Below, one piece after another: positions 19,089 through 28,467 of a stretch of DNA of 64,000 bases. This DNA is from an uncultured Anaerolineales bacterium (GTDB lineage: Bacteria > Chloroflexota > Anaerolineae > UBA7937 > B3-Chlor), in assembly GCA_964347945.1 (NCBI GenBank), contig CAYGAW010000109.1:752-64751 (forward strand), in the 5' to 3' direction. The first letter of the stretch is position 1, and every line of letters starts with the position of its first letter. The notes beneath the pieces were generated by a model. It made no database searches, was not told the DNA's origin, and saw only the letters and a program-made list of their open reading frames with translations. The position numbers were made by a program, and so were the translations under genes.

Positions 19089-20237
19089 TCAGTCCCTCAA
19101 GAAATGTCTGGCGATGATCATGCGCTGCACTTCCGAGGTACCCTCGTAGATATCGGTGATCTTGGCATCTCGGTAGTATCGTTCAACGTTGTATTCCCTG
19201 ATGTACCCATAGCCCCCGTGGATCTGCACGGCCTTGTTGGCGGCCCACACCGCCGTCTCCGAAGCATAGACCTTGGCCATGGAGGCCTCAAGACTGTACC
19301 TCTCCTTGTGTTGCTTCTTCAATGCCGCTCTGAAGGTGAGAAGGCGCGCCGCCTCGAGCCTAGTGGCCATGTCCGCGATCATGAATTGAATAGCCTGATG
19401 TCGAGCCAGGGGCTTGCCGAACTGTTCCCGTTCCAGCGCGTATTGTGAGGAGGCCTCGAGGGCCGCCTGACCTATCCCAAGCGCCTGAGCCGCGATGCCG
19501 ATACGCCCAGCGTCCAAGACCTCCATTGCTATATTGAAGCCTTCTCCCTCGTCACCCAGGCGGCTGGATATGGGGACACGACAGTCCTCGAAAGACAGGG
19601 CGGTGGTGTTCGCTGCTCGGATGCCCAGCTTCTCCTCAGGTTTTCCAGCGGTGAAGCCGGGTGTGTCGGCATCTATCAGCAGGCAACTGATGCCGTGGTG
19701 CTTCGGGGTGGCATCTGGGTCGGTGACGCAAAAGACGACGTGGAAGTCGGCCACTCCGCCGCTGCTGATGAAGTTCTTGGCGCCGTTGACTACGTAGTAC
19801 TTGCCATCGCGGACAGCCTTCGTGCGCTGGCTGGCGGCGTCGGAACCTGCCTGAGGTTCCGAGAGAGAGAAAGTCCCGATGCGTTCGAAGGATGCTGCGG
19901 GACGCAAGTATCTTTCTCGCTGCTCAGGGGTGCCGTGCATCACCAGCCCGTGGCAGACCAGTGAGTTGTTGACCGACATGATCGTCCCCGTGGCGCCACA
20001 AGCCTTGGACACCTCTTCCAGTGCCACCACGTAGCTCACCGTGTCTGCACCGGTGCCACCATCCTCATACGGTATCTCTATCCCCATGAGGCCCAGTTCC
20101 CCCATCCGCCGGCAGTTGTCGAACGGGTATTCCTCGGTCTGATCGATGATAGGGGCCGCAGGGGCCAGGACTTCAGTTGCGAAGTCCCTGGCCAACTCCT
20201 GAATCATACGTTGTTCGTCGGTTAGAGCAAAGTCCAT
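19089..20237 (-). CDS. Acyl-CoA dehydrogenase
   Basis: MDFALTDEQRMIQE, YxxGT, and a C-terminal catalytic Glu region (IYEGTSEVQR). Confidence 0.9.
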   Translation of the reverse strand: MDFALTDEQRMIQELARDFATEVLAPAAPIIDQTEEYPFDNCRRMGELGLMGIEIPYEDGGTGADTVSYVVALEEVSKACGATGTIMSVNNSLVCHGLVMHGTPEQRERYLRPAASFERIGTFSLSEPQAGSDAASQRTKAVRDGKYYVVNGAKNFISSGGVADFHVVFCVTDPDATPKHHGISCLLIDADTPGFTAGKPEEKLGIRAANTTALSFEDCRVPISSRLGDEGEGFNIAMEVLDAGRIGIAAQALGIGQAALEASSQYALEREQFGKPLARHQAIQFMIADMATRLEAARLLTFRAALKKQHKERYSLEASMAKVYASETAVWAANKAVQIHGGYGYIREYNVERYYRDAKITDIYEGTSEVQRMIIARHFLRD

Positions 20238-20274
20238 CGGCGTTGCTACTCCTCGGTTGGTCTACTAATTCCAG

Positions 20275-21015
20275 CTACATTCTCCATCCACCGGTGACTT
20301 CAATAGTGGCACCGGTGATATAGCTGGCCTCATCTGAGGCCAGAAATGCCGCTACATGGCCGATATCTTCCGGCGTGCCTACCCGTCGCAGAGGGATCTC
20401 CTTGATCATGGGTCGCAGGTACTCATCTGGAATCCCCTGCAAGAGCGGAGTGTCAACCATTCCGGGTAGTATGGCGTTGACGTTGATGTTGTGGCGCGCC
20501 AACTCGCGAGCCACGCTCTTGGTGAAGCCTACGATACCAGCCTTGGAGGCGACATAATTGGAATCGCCTACGGCTCCGGTGCGACCGTAGATGGAAGAGA
20601 TGTTGATGATCTTTCCGTAGCGCGCGTCTATCATGTGAGGGGCTACGGCTTGAGTAGTATAGAAGACACCCTTCAGATTCACATCCAGGACTTCATCCCA
20701 CGCCTCGTCGGTGAGTTTCAGCAGCGTGGCGCTGCGAGCGATGCCGGCATTGTTGACCAGGATGTCTATCTTGCCGAACTCAGCCACCACGTTACTGACC
20801 ATCTTCTCGACTTGGCTTCGCTGAGCGACGTCAACCTCCACTGCGAGAGTTCTGCTGCCCAAAGCCTTCACTTCTTTGGCTGTCTGCCTTGCCGTCTGCT
20901 CGTTGATGTCCGACACGATTACGTCAGCACCCTTCTCTGCCAGCTTCACAGCGATTCCGCGACCGATGCCCTGTCCAGCGCCGGTGACGACGGCTATCTT
21001 CTCCCTCAGTATCAT
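20275..21015 (-). CDS. Short-chain dehydrogenase/reductase (FabG / 3-hydroxyacyl-CoA dehydrogenase-like)
   Basis: TGAGQGIGRG Rossmann motif, NNAG and YxxxK (YVASKAG). Internal ATG start. Confidence 0.85.
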   Translation of the reverse strand: MILREKIAVVTGAGQGIGRGIAVKLAEKGADVIVSDINEQTARQTAKEVKALGSRTLAVEVDVAQRSQVEKMVSNVVAEFGKIDILVNNAGIARSATLLKLTDEAWDEVLDVNLKGVFYTTQAVAPHMIDARYGKIINISSIYGRTGAVGDSNYVASKAGIVGFTKSVARELARHNINVNAILPGMVDTPLLQGIPDEYLRPMIKEIPLRRVGTPEDIGHVAAFLASDEASYITGATIEVTGGWRM

Positions 21016-21161
21016 CCCTTCCTCTCTCCGAGACGGAGGCAATCCTCAGCAGCCGGTACGAGTCTGTGTCTAGAGAGGTCGCCCTTCATTGTGCGAAGCA
21101 TTCGGTTTCGAAGTCGAGCAGATAAGTGACGGCAACCGCACTGCCTATAGAGCCTTGGGCA

Positions 21162-22349
21162 CTAGATCTCGATGCTCATGGCTACGGCTTCCCCTCCGCC
21201 CAGGCAGAGAGCGGCTAGGCCCAGAGCTGCACCGCGCTCCTTCATCGCATGAACTAGTGTCACCAGGAGGCGAGATCCGCTGCAACCTATAGGATGTCCA
21301 AGGGCGATGGCCCCCCCATGGATATTCAGCTTGTCCCAGTCCAGGCCCAGTTTTCTGCCATCGGCTATGCTTTGCGAAGCAAAAGCCTCGTTGATCTCGA
21401 AGAGGTCAAAGTCATCCAACTCATAGCCAGTCTTCTTGAGCAGGTTCTCAATGGCGTGCACCGGAGCAAAGAAAACCCATTTGGGTTCTACCGCAGCTTG
21501 AGCAAACCCCGTGATTCTGGCTAGAGGCTCAATGCCCAACTCCTTCGCTCTCCGAACGCCGGTAATGACCACGGCAGCCGCGCCATCAGTGATTGCCGAG
21601 GAGTTCCCGGCGGTGCATTTGCCATCCTCCTTGAAGGCTGGTCGAAGCTTGGACAATGCCTCCAAATGGGCGTCCGCACGAGGGTTCTCGTCCGTATCGA
21701 AGATCACAGGCTCCCGCTTGCGTTGGGGGACGGTGATGGGCACGATCTCCGCTTTGAACTTCCCTTCGCTGATCGCTTTGGTCGCTTTCTGGTGGCTCCC
21801 CAGGGCGAACTCGTCCATCTCCTCGCGAGTGATATTCATGGCATCTGCAATGAGCTCAGCCGCGTTCCCCATGTGCCAGTTCTCGATGGGGCACCACAGT
21901 CCATCGTGGACCGTGGCATCGACAAGTTCCGCGTTTCCCAGACGATAGCCCGTGCGAGCGTGGGCCAGTATGTGGGGGCCCAGGTTCATGTTCTCCATGC
22001 CCGCCGCGACAACGACCTCGGCCTCACCAGCCACGATGGCGTTGGCACCCATGGCAACCGTCTTTAGCCCAGACCCGCAAACCTTGTTCACAGTCGTGGC
22101 TCCAACGGAGGGAGGCAGGCCCGCCGCAAGGGCCGCCTGCCGCGCGGGCGCCTGGCCACTTCCGGCTTGGACGACTTGTCCAACAAGCACCTCATCGACG
22201 GTGCCAGGGTCTATGCCAGCTCGTTCGACCGCTCCCGCGATGGCCACGCCCGCCAGCTCCGTGGCAGGCATCTGAGACAGTGTGCCACCAAAGCGACCGA
22301 TTGCCGTTCTGGCTGCACCGATGATGACGACCTCTGTGTTCCTCGACAT
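21162..22349 (-). CDS. Acetyl-CoA C-acetyltransferase (thiolase II)
   Basis: MSRNTEVVIIGAARTAIGRFGG, active-site VNKVCGSGLK, and C-terminal GHPIGCSG and CLGGGEA motifs. Internal ATG (396 aa) preceded by GGA-rich sequence. Confidence 0.92.
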   Translation of the reverse strand: MSRNTEVVIIGAARTAIGRFGGTLSQMPATELAGVAIAGAVERAGIDPGTVDEVLVGQVVQAGSGQAPARQAALAAGLPPSVGATTVNKVCGSGLKTVAMGANAIVAGEAEVVVAAGMENMNLGPHILAHARTGYRLGNAELVDATVHDGLWCPIENWHMGNAAELIADAMNITREEMDEFALGSHQKATKAISEGKFKAEIVPITVPQRKREPVIFDTDENPRADAHLEALSKLRPAFKEDGKCTAGNSSAITDGAAAVVITGVRRAKELGIEPLARITGFAQAAVEPKWVFFAPVHAIENLLKKTGYELDDFDLFEINEAFASQSIADGRKLGLDWDKLNIHGGAIALGHPIGCSGSRLLVTLVHAMKERGAALGLAALCLGGGEAVAMSIEI

Positions 22350-22405
22350 TCTTGTCCTTTCCGTGTCCCTTAAGCTGAGCGGGATCGCGATTGGGAAGCT
22401 GTGCG

Positions 22406-23695
22406 CTATCTGCCAACCACCGCAGCCATGCCTTGCCCGCCGCCGATGCACATGGTAACCAGCCCCAACTCCAGGTCTCTTCTCTGCATCTCGTGCATGA
22501 TGGTGACCATGAGTCGGGCGCCCGTGCAGCCTATGGGATGCCCCAGCGAGATGCCGCCCCCGAGGAGGTTTGTGGTGTCGAAAGTCAGCCCCAGTTCTCG
22601 CATGCAGGCTATCGTCTGTGCAGCAAAAGCCTCGTTCAGTTCGACAACGTCCATGTCTTCGATACTCAGACTCGCCGTATCCAGTGCCTTCCTCACGCTG
22701 GGCACCACGCCCAAGCCCATGTAGGCGGGATCGACCGCACCAGAGGCATACGATTTGATGCTCACCATGGGCTCAAGACCCAGCTCGTCTGCCTTCGGTC
22801 GCGACATCAATACCACCGCTGCCGCTGCGTCGTTGATTCCGGAAGCATTGCCAGCGGTGACCGTCCCGTCCTCCTTGAAGGCTGGCCTAAGCTTGGCCAT
22901 CTTCTCCAGGCTGGTGTCCATGGGGCGCTCGTCGGTGTCGAAGATCACTGGCTCTCCCTTTCGCTGAGGAATAGGCACCGGCACGATTTCGTGTTTGAAT
23001 ATGCCATCGGCTATGGCCATCCTGGCACGCTGATGGCTGAGAAGCCCCAACCTGTCCTGCTCCTCCCTGCTGATGTCGTACTTCTCTGCTATGTTTTCGG
23101 CTGTGACGCCCATATGATAGCCATAGAATATCTCCCACAGTCCATCGTGAACCATGAGGTCTGTGGCCTCACCAGCGCCAGTGATGTCCATCCTGTAGCC
23201 CCATCTCGCCTTGGGGAGGGCGTAGGGGGCATAGCTCATGTTCTCCATGCCGCCCGCCACCACGACGTCGGCCTCCCCCAGCTCTATCGCCTGTGTACCT
23301 AGCGTGATGGCCTTCAATCCCGAGGCACAGACCTTGTTTACTGTGAAGGCGTTGGTTTCCTTAGGAAGCCCCGCACGTATGGTGGCCTGCCGTGCCGTGT
23401 TCTGCCCTTGACCTCCCTGAATCACATGCCCCATGATTACTTCGTCGACCTGCACCTCTTTCAGCGATTCATCCCAATCATAGTGCTGCTTCTCAAGATC
23501 GACCATGCCAGTACTCCTGAGGCTGTCAGGCGCGTACTGGAGTAGTTTCTCACTCGATTTGGGCCTCAACCCTGCCTTTTTCAGCGCCTCTCGAATTGCC
23601 AGTGCGCCGAGCTTGACCACGGGAACATCTTTCAATGAGCCTCCGAAGACCCCAATGGCTGTTCTCACTCCATTGATGATCACCACCTCTGTCAT
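22406..23695 (-). CDS. Thiolase (acetyl-CoA acyltransferase), second paralogue with an insertion
   Basis: VNKVCASGLK, GHPIGCTGAR and CIGGGQG motifs. 429 aa, about 35 aa longer than the neighbouring thiolase. Confidence 0.9.
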   Translation of the reverse strand: MTEVVIINGVRTAIGVFGGSLKDVPVVKLGALAIREALKKAGLRPKSSEKLLQYAPDSLRSTGMVDLEKQHYDWDESLKEVQVDEVIMGHVIQGGQGQNTARQATIRAGLPKETNAFTVNKVCASGLKAITLGTQAIELGEADVVVAGGMENMSYAPYALPKARWGYRMDITGAGEATDLMVHDGLWEIFYGYHMGVTAENIAEKYDISREEQDRLGLLSHQRARMAIADGIFKHEIVPVPIPQRKGEPVIFDTDERPMDTSLEKMAKLRPAFKEDGTVTAGNASGINDAAAAVVLMSRPKADELGLEPMVSIKSYASGAVDPAYMGLGVVPSVRKALDTASLSIEDMDVVELNEAFAAQTIACMRELGLTFDTTNLLGGGISLGHPIGCTGARLMVTIMHEMQRRDLELGLVTMCIGGGQGMAAVVGR

Positions 23696-24152
23696 GCCGT
23701 AGCCTCCTTTGTGAGTCTGGGGTTTCCGGCCTGGCTGGAAACAACCATCAATGATACCAGATAAGGCAGCATCTGGCTAGTTGAGGGCGTAAGTGAGCCA
23801 AGACATCGTGACCACTTCTTCACCCTTGTGAAGGCTGTTCTCGCTCCCCGTCGGAGATCCTGGCCGAAGGGGCTGGTAGAGACGTGCCCAGGCATCCAGC
23901 CGAGAGGGCAAAGAGGGAGGGGTTCTGCCAAGGAGAGGTCTGCCGGCAATCCCATCCGGCACCAATGGAAGCGTCCCAACAGTTCTGCTCCCCATTACCT
24001 GACTTAATCAAGCAGATCGTGGGTCGCTTTGAGGTCGCTAGGGTCGTCGAGCGAGCAGTTCACCACGGGGAATACGCCCCGAATCGCGGGAAGCTTCAGC
24101 CCATTCGCATGCGGGCGGGTCTTCTACGGTGTCCTGCGACTGCCGGCCGTCA

Positions 24153-27100
24153 TTATGGCCTGAGGATTTCGTCGATCGCGCTTGCCAAATCCTCAATTCT
24201 GAATGGTTTGGACACGCACGGTGTCTGTACGCTCTGCAAGAAAGCCCTCGTGGGATTGCTGACGGTGTCTCCGGTCGTGAAGATGAGGCGGTTCAATAGG
24301 CCCGGATGTTCTGTCCGCAGATGCCGGTACAGCTCCTGGCCTCCCGTCCCCGGCATCCTTACATCGCAGATAATCACGTCGTATTCTTGAGTGGCTAGGG
24401 CTTCAAGGGCTGCTTCGGCCGTGGGGACGGCGGCCGCTTCATGGCCCAGCTGTTGTAGGACACGGCCGACAAGCTCAAGGATCTCGTCTTCGTCGTCGAC
24501 GACAAGTATCCTGTTGCCAGCTTGGTGCCCCGTGCTTCCGGTCCGCTCCGGCTGGCTGAGTGATTCCTCGGGAGGCTCAAGGATGGGTAGCTCAACGATG
24601 AAGGTGCTACCGCTTCCCACGTCGCTCTCCGCCCAGATGCGTCCCCCATGGTCTCGCACTATCCCAAAGGCAATGGACAATCCCAGACCTGTGCCCTGGC
24701 CGACCTCCTTGGTTGTGAAGAAGGGATCGAAGATCTTGCTCAAGTTGTCCTCTGGGATGCCAGGTCCGTTGTCGATGATCTTGACCCTGATGACTCGGCC
24801 ATCTGTCTCTGATCTTACCACTAGGCGTCCTCCGCCCCGGTAGTCCAGCATGGCCTGATGCGCGTTGTTTATCAGGTTCAGAAGCACCTGTTGCAGCTGG
24901 TGAGGCGCGGTCATGGTCCAGGGCAAGTGCTCGTCCAGTTCCCTCACCAGTTCGATGTTGTCCACCCTGAGTTGGTACGCCCTCAGGTTCATGGTGTCGA
25001 TGAGGACTTGGTTGATGTCTGTGTAAAGTTTCTCGGCTGTCTCCTTGCGGGCAAAGGTCAGGAGGCTCTGGATGATCCTTGCACTTCGCTGAGCCTCCTG
25101 GTAGATTCTCCGCAGATCGTCTCTCACGTCCTCGCTGACGTCCGCGGCCTGCAAGAGTTGCGCGTATCCCATGACAGATGTAAGGGGGTTGTTGAGCTCG
25201 TGAGCGACACCTGAAACGAGTTGTCCTATCGCCGCTAGCTTCTCCGTCTGTAACAGCTGTGCCCGCAGGGCTTTCTCGCCAGTGATATCTCGGACGGCGT
25301 GTACGGCACCCTTGCACCTCCCGTCTTCATCATAGATGGGGAAGCTGGTAATGACAAGGGTCTTGCCAAGGTCCGGCACGTCTACCTCGACGGATGTTGA
25401 TGCCCTGGCCTCCATAGCCCGCCGGTGGGGGCAGGAGTCGTTCGTCGGACCCTGGCAGTGAGGGAATATCTCGAAACAGTGCTTGCCTTTGAAGGCTTCA
25501 GGAGTACTTTCCAGGATGTGGGCCAGAGCTGGATTGGCCTTGAGTATCCTGAATTCAGTATCATAGATCGCTATACCGTCGGTAATAGCCTGGAAGGTAT
25601 TCTCCCAGTCTTTCTCGCCTTGAGCTACCTGTTGGAAGAGTCGAGCGTTCTCGACCAGAACCGCCAGCTGACCGGCCAATGTCGAAAGAAAATGCACATC
25701 ATCATCGGTGAATGCGGCTGGCTCGACGCTCTCGACGTTGAGGACGCCGATGATCCTCTCGCCCGTCTTCAGAGGAATGCACAGCTCGGAGCGTACCTTC
25801 TCGTCGCCCGCGAGGTAGCGGGAATCGGCCGTCACATCGGGCACATTCAGGGGCTCGCCCGTCTGCGCTACCCACCCCGTGATGCCCTCTCCGAGCCGGG
25901 GCTGTATTCTCTCGGCGACTTCAGGATGATAGCCCGTGCCCGCTTTGATCTTCAACCTTTCTTCCTTGTCGTCAATCAGCATCAGACTGAGATTGGCGAA
26001 GCCTAGAGTGCGTCTCAGAGCCCCGACTATGCGATCCAAAATCTCTGAGAACTCAAGGCTTGAGGTCCCGGCGAGGGCCATCTCGTGGAGTGTTGAAAGT
26101 TCGTTCAGTGTTCTCTTGGTTTCCTCAAAGAGCCGAGCGTTCCGCATTGCCACACTCAACTGATCTGCTATGGCCTGCATGGACAGGAGGTCGGCGGAGT
26201 CGAAGGCGTTGACGTCAGCTGATTGGATATCCAGCACGGCGCCAACTGTGGCGTCCAGTCTAATGGGGACAACGAGTTCCGATTTCGTGAAAGGTCTTGC
26301 CGGGAAGCCCTCCAAGTAGCGCGTGTCCAGTGCTACGTCGTTCACCAAGAGAGGTTCGCCTTTCCTCGCCACCCAGCCTATAAGCCCTTCATCCAGGCTC
26401 TGACGATAACCAAGTGCCTGCATGTAGCCATAGCGGGCTGCTTCCGCTCTCTGTTCAAGCTCTCTAGCTTCCTGACTCACCATCAGGATGGAGACAAAGT
26501 GGTAGTTGAACCCTTCTCGGATGGCGACCGCTGTCTCCTGCAGCAGCTCATCAAGATCGAGACTTGACGTGGCGCGCCGCCCCACACTGTTGATGACGGT
26601 CAACTGGGTCGCTCGCTTTCTCTCCTGTTCGTACAAGCGTGCGTTCTCGATGGTGATCGCCACCTGACTCCCTATGGTCGTGGCCAGATCGACCTGCGGG
26701 GCAGTGAACTGCTGGCCTTTGGTTGTGTAGTCGAGGGCGAGAAGGCCGATGGTTTGGTCCCTGCTTACCAGGGGGACCAGAAGAAGACTCTTGATGCCAA
26801 AGGGCTCGGTCCATCTTTCGGGCAGGCGAGACCTGGAGTCTTCGTCGAGAACTACCGTCTTGCCGTCCCTGATCACTTCCCTCATGACAGCAACATCTTC
26901 CACCCTCTCAGACAACGTCTCGTTCTTGAAGAGTCTCCACAGCTGAGGGTCTGCAGCACCAGAGGCGAATTGGGACATCATTGGCACCAGTTCCTTCTTC
27001 TGGTTGTCAAGAAGGAGGATACTGCACCGCTCCGCGTTGCATATCTCAGCCGTCTTCTGGGCCACGACCTTCAATACCTGGGTCAGGTCCAGAGTGGAAC

Positions 27101-27683
27101 TGATGGCTTGGCCAATCTCGTTCAGGGCGGCCAACTCGCTCACGCGCCGCTCTTTCTCTTCAAACAGGCGAGCATTCTCGACGGCGGTAGCCACCTGGTC
27201 GGCAACGGCGCTCATCATCTGCACATCGACTGACGTGAAGTGCCGTGGCTTCGAACTCAGCACCGCGATGGTGCCTAGTGTCCGCCCCCTGGCTCGCAGT
27301 GGCAGGCAGACCAACGAGCGGTATTCTTCCGTCTCAACCACATCGGGCGTAGCCCGGCCATCAGTTGTGGACTCCTCTATGACGGTCGGTCGACCGGTCT
27401 CCGCTGTCTTGCCCACGACGTACTCACCCAGTTTTAGCCGGCGATGCGCGCGCAGATAACCCGGTGACAGTCCACGCTGGGTGCGAAGTACCAACTCCTG
27501 ATTGTCAGTGTCAAGAAGGTGTATTAATCCCTTGTCGGCTTCTGACACTTCCATCACCGCGTCAAGCGCCCTGCTCAGCACTTGATCCAGTTCAATGACA
27601 CCGCTCACGGCTGAGGCCACCGCACTGAGCGTCTCAAGATTCTTCAGCCTCAGCTCAACTGCTTCTGGCGATCCGTCTTTCAC
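24153..27683 (-). CDS. Hybrid sensor histidine kinase: multiple GAF domains, PAS, HisKA, HATPase_c, C-terminal receiver
   Basis: About five GAF-like repeats (each ending ...VENARLFE/ITIENARLYE), a PAS region (FQAITDGIAIYD), H-box VSGVAHELNNPLTSV, G-boxes (IIDNGPGIP, GTGLGLSI), and REC (ILVVDDE...DVRMPG). The start is inferred at an in-frame GTG at 27683 preceded by aggag, because the longer track ORF would overlap the DUF1992 gene. Confidence 0.85.
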   Translation of the reverse strand: MKDGSPEAVELRLKNLETLSAVASAVSGVIELDQVLSRALDAVMEVSEADKGLIHLLDTDNQELVLRTQRGLSPGYLRAHRRLKLGEYVVGKTAETGRPTVIEESTTDGRATPDVVETEEYRSLVCLPLRARGRTLGTIAVLSSKPRHFTSVDVQMMSAVADQVATAVENARLFEEKERRVSELAALNEIGQAISSTLDLTQVLKVVAQKTAEICNAERCSILLLDNQKKELVPMMSQFASGAADPQLWRLFKNETLSERVEDVAVMREVIRDGKTVVLDEDSRSRLPERWTEPFGIKSLLLVPLVSRDQTIGLLALDYTTKGQQFTAPQVDLATTIGSQVAITIENARLYEQERKRATQLTVINSVGRRATSSLDLDELLQETAVAIREGFNYHFVSILMVSQEARELEQRAEAARYGYMQALGYRQSLDEGLIGWVARKGEPLLVNDVALDTRYLEGFPARPFTKSELVVPIRLDATVGAVLDIQSADVNAFDSADLLSMQAIADQLSVAMRNARLFEETKRTLNELSTLHEMALAGTSSLEFSEILDRIVGALRRTLGFANLSLMLIDDKEERLKIKAGTGYHPEVAERIQPRLGEGITGWVAQTGEPLNVPDVTADSRYLAGDEKVRSELCIPLKTGERIIGVLNVESVEPAAFTDDDVHFLSTLAGQLAVLVENARLFQQVAQGEKDWENTFQAITDGIAIYDTEFRILKANPALAHILESTPEAFKGKHCFEIFPHCQGPTNDSCPHRRAMEARASTSVEVDVPDLGKTLVITSFPIYDEDGRCKGAVHAVRDITGEKALRAQLLQTEKLAAIGQLVSGVAHELNNPLTSVMGYAQLLQAADVSEDVRDDLRRIYQEAQRSARIIQSLLTFARKETAEKLYTDINQVLIDTMNLRAYQLRVDNIELVRELDEHLPWTMTAPHQLQQVLLNLINNAHQAMLDYRGGGRLVVRSETDGRVIRVKIIDNGPGIPEDNLSKIFDPFFTTKEVGQGTGLGLSIAFGIVRDHGGRIWAESDVGSGSTFIVELPILEPPEESLSQPERTGSTGHQAGNRILVVDDEDEILELVGRVLQQLGHEAAAVPTAEAALEALATQEYDVIICDVRMPGTGGQELYRHLRTEHPGLLNRLIFTTGDTVSNPTRAFLQSVQTPCVSKPFRIEDLASAIDEILRP

Positions 27684-27715
27684 TTTGCTCCTGCCGTGTG
27701 GAGGGCGGATAACGA

Positions 27716-28213
27716 TCAGGATGCGGAGCCGGGGGTATCGAGTTCTGTCATCTTGCGCCAGGACGCTCGAAATCTGTTGATCTCGTCCGTGACCTGGATC
27801 TTCTGCTTCTGCAACGTGGTCAAGGGCACCTTCAGATTGAACAGTTCTATTCTCTCGTTCAGTTGCTCCGCCCGCTCCGTGAAGGTCGCGATGGTCCACT
27901 GATGCCTGTGGTTGAGTTGGGCCTCGACTTGCAGCTTACTGTCGCTCGAGATCAACGCTTCACCCGCCGAGGTCAGTTGATCATCGAGCAACTCCCGGCA
28001 TCGCAGTAGTTCTGCGCGTATCGACCTGTCCAACTCGATCCAGTCCAAGGTGAAGCCTGCGTTCTTCAGCACCCTGTGTGCCAGCTGCCACCCAGGTTTG
28101 ACGAAAGGGTGTTCGTCGACGGGCAAGGGCCTTCCCCTCCCAGGTAGATCATCGAATAGGCCCTCTTCCTGGGCTTTGCGGATCCTACGTTCTACAAGAT
28201 CTCCCCAGCTGAT
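27716..28213 (-). CDS. DUF1992 / YhdN-like (DnaJ-homologue subfamily C member 28-like) protein; start uncertain
   Basis: The translated minus strand reads ISWGDLVERRIRKAQEEGLFDDLPGRGRPL...VLKNAGF, matching the YhdN/DUF1992 N-terminus. The track ORF starts at TTG 28126, but homology continues upstream to about 28213, where an ATC sits at the position of the family's Met. No ATG, GTG or TTG occurs between 28127 and the upstream stop (28271-28273). Confidence 0.6.
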   Translation of the reverse strand: MSWGDLVERRIRKAQEEGLFDDLPGRGRPLPVDEHPFVKPGWQLAHRVLKNAGFTLDWIELDRSIRAELLRCRELLDDQLTSAGEALISSDSKLQVEAQLNHRHQWTIATFTERAEQLNERIELFNLKVPLTTLQKQKIQVTDEINRFRASWRKMTELDTPGSAS

Positions 28214-28467
28214 TGGACTTGCCTTAAATCCTCGGGGAAGCCGTGCTTCAGCTCCCCTCAGGTTCGTGAATCAGTCTGTATAGCGGCAACGGTTGACCTA
28301 GGCTCGTGGTGCTCCCGTTCGCAGTTATTCTGACAACTCTTTGCCGCGCACTGCTCTCGGCATCTCTGCGCATGATCCTCTGTGCCGCCCATCTCGATCG
28401 CCCAGGCGTTGGAGCGCACCTCGCGCCCGCGGTCGCGGGTCCGAAGGGGCGTGGCTCGCACGTGACG

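Noticed and set aside
22391-23302. 303-aa plus-strand ORF and several other 60-150-aa ORFs inside the thiolase genes
   Set aside because: Opposite-strand frames of strongly supported thiolase CDS, with typical high-GC shadow ORFs.
23696-24152. Possible gene in the 457-nt gap upstream of the thiolase operon (e.g. 168-aa plus ORF 23884-24390)
   Set aside because: The ORF overlaps the histidine kinase 3' end, has no RBS or motifs, and its composition is non-protein-like. The gap is more likely the promoter/terminator region.
24391-27459. Numerous 60-250-aa ORFs on both strands within 24153-27899
   Set aside because: All are contained within the multi-domain histidine kinase gene and lack motifs. 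The real gene explains the coding signal.
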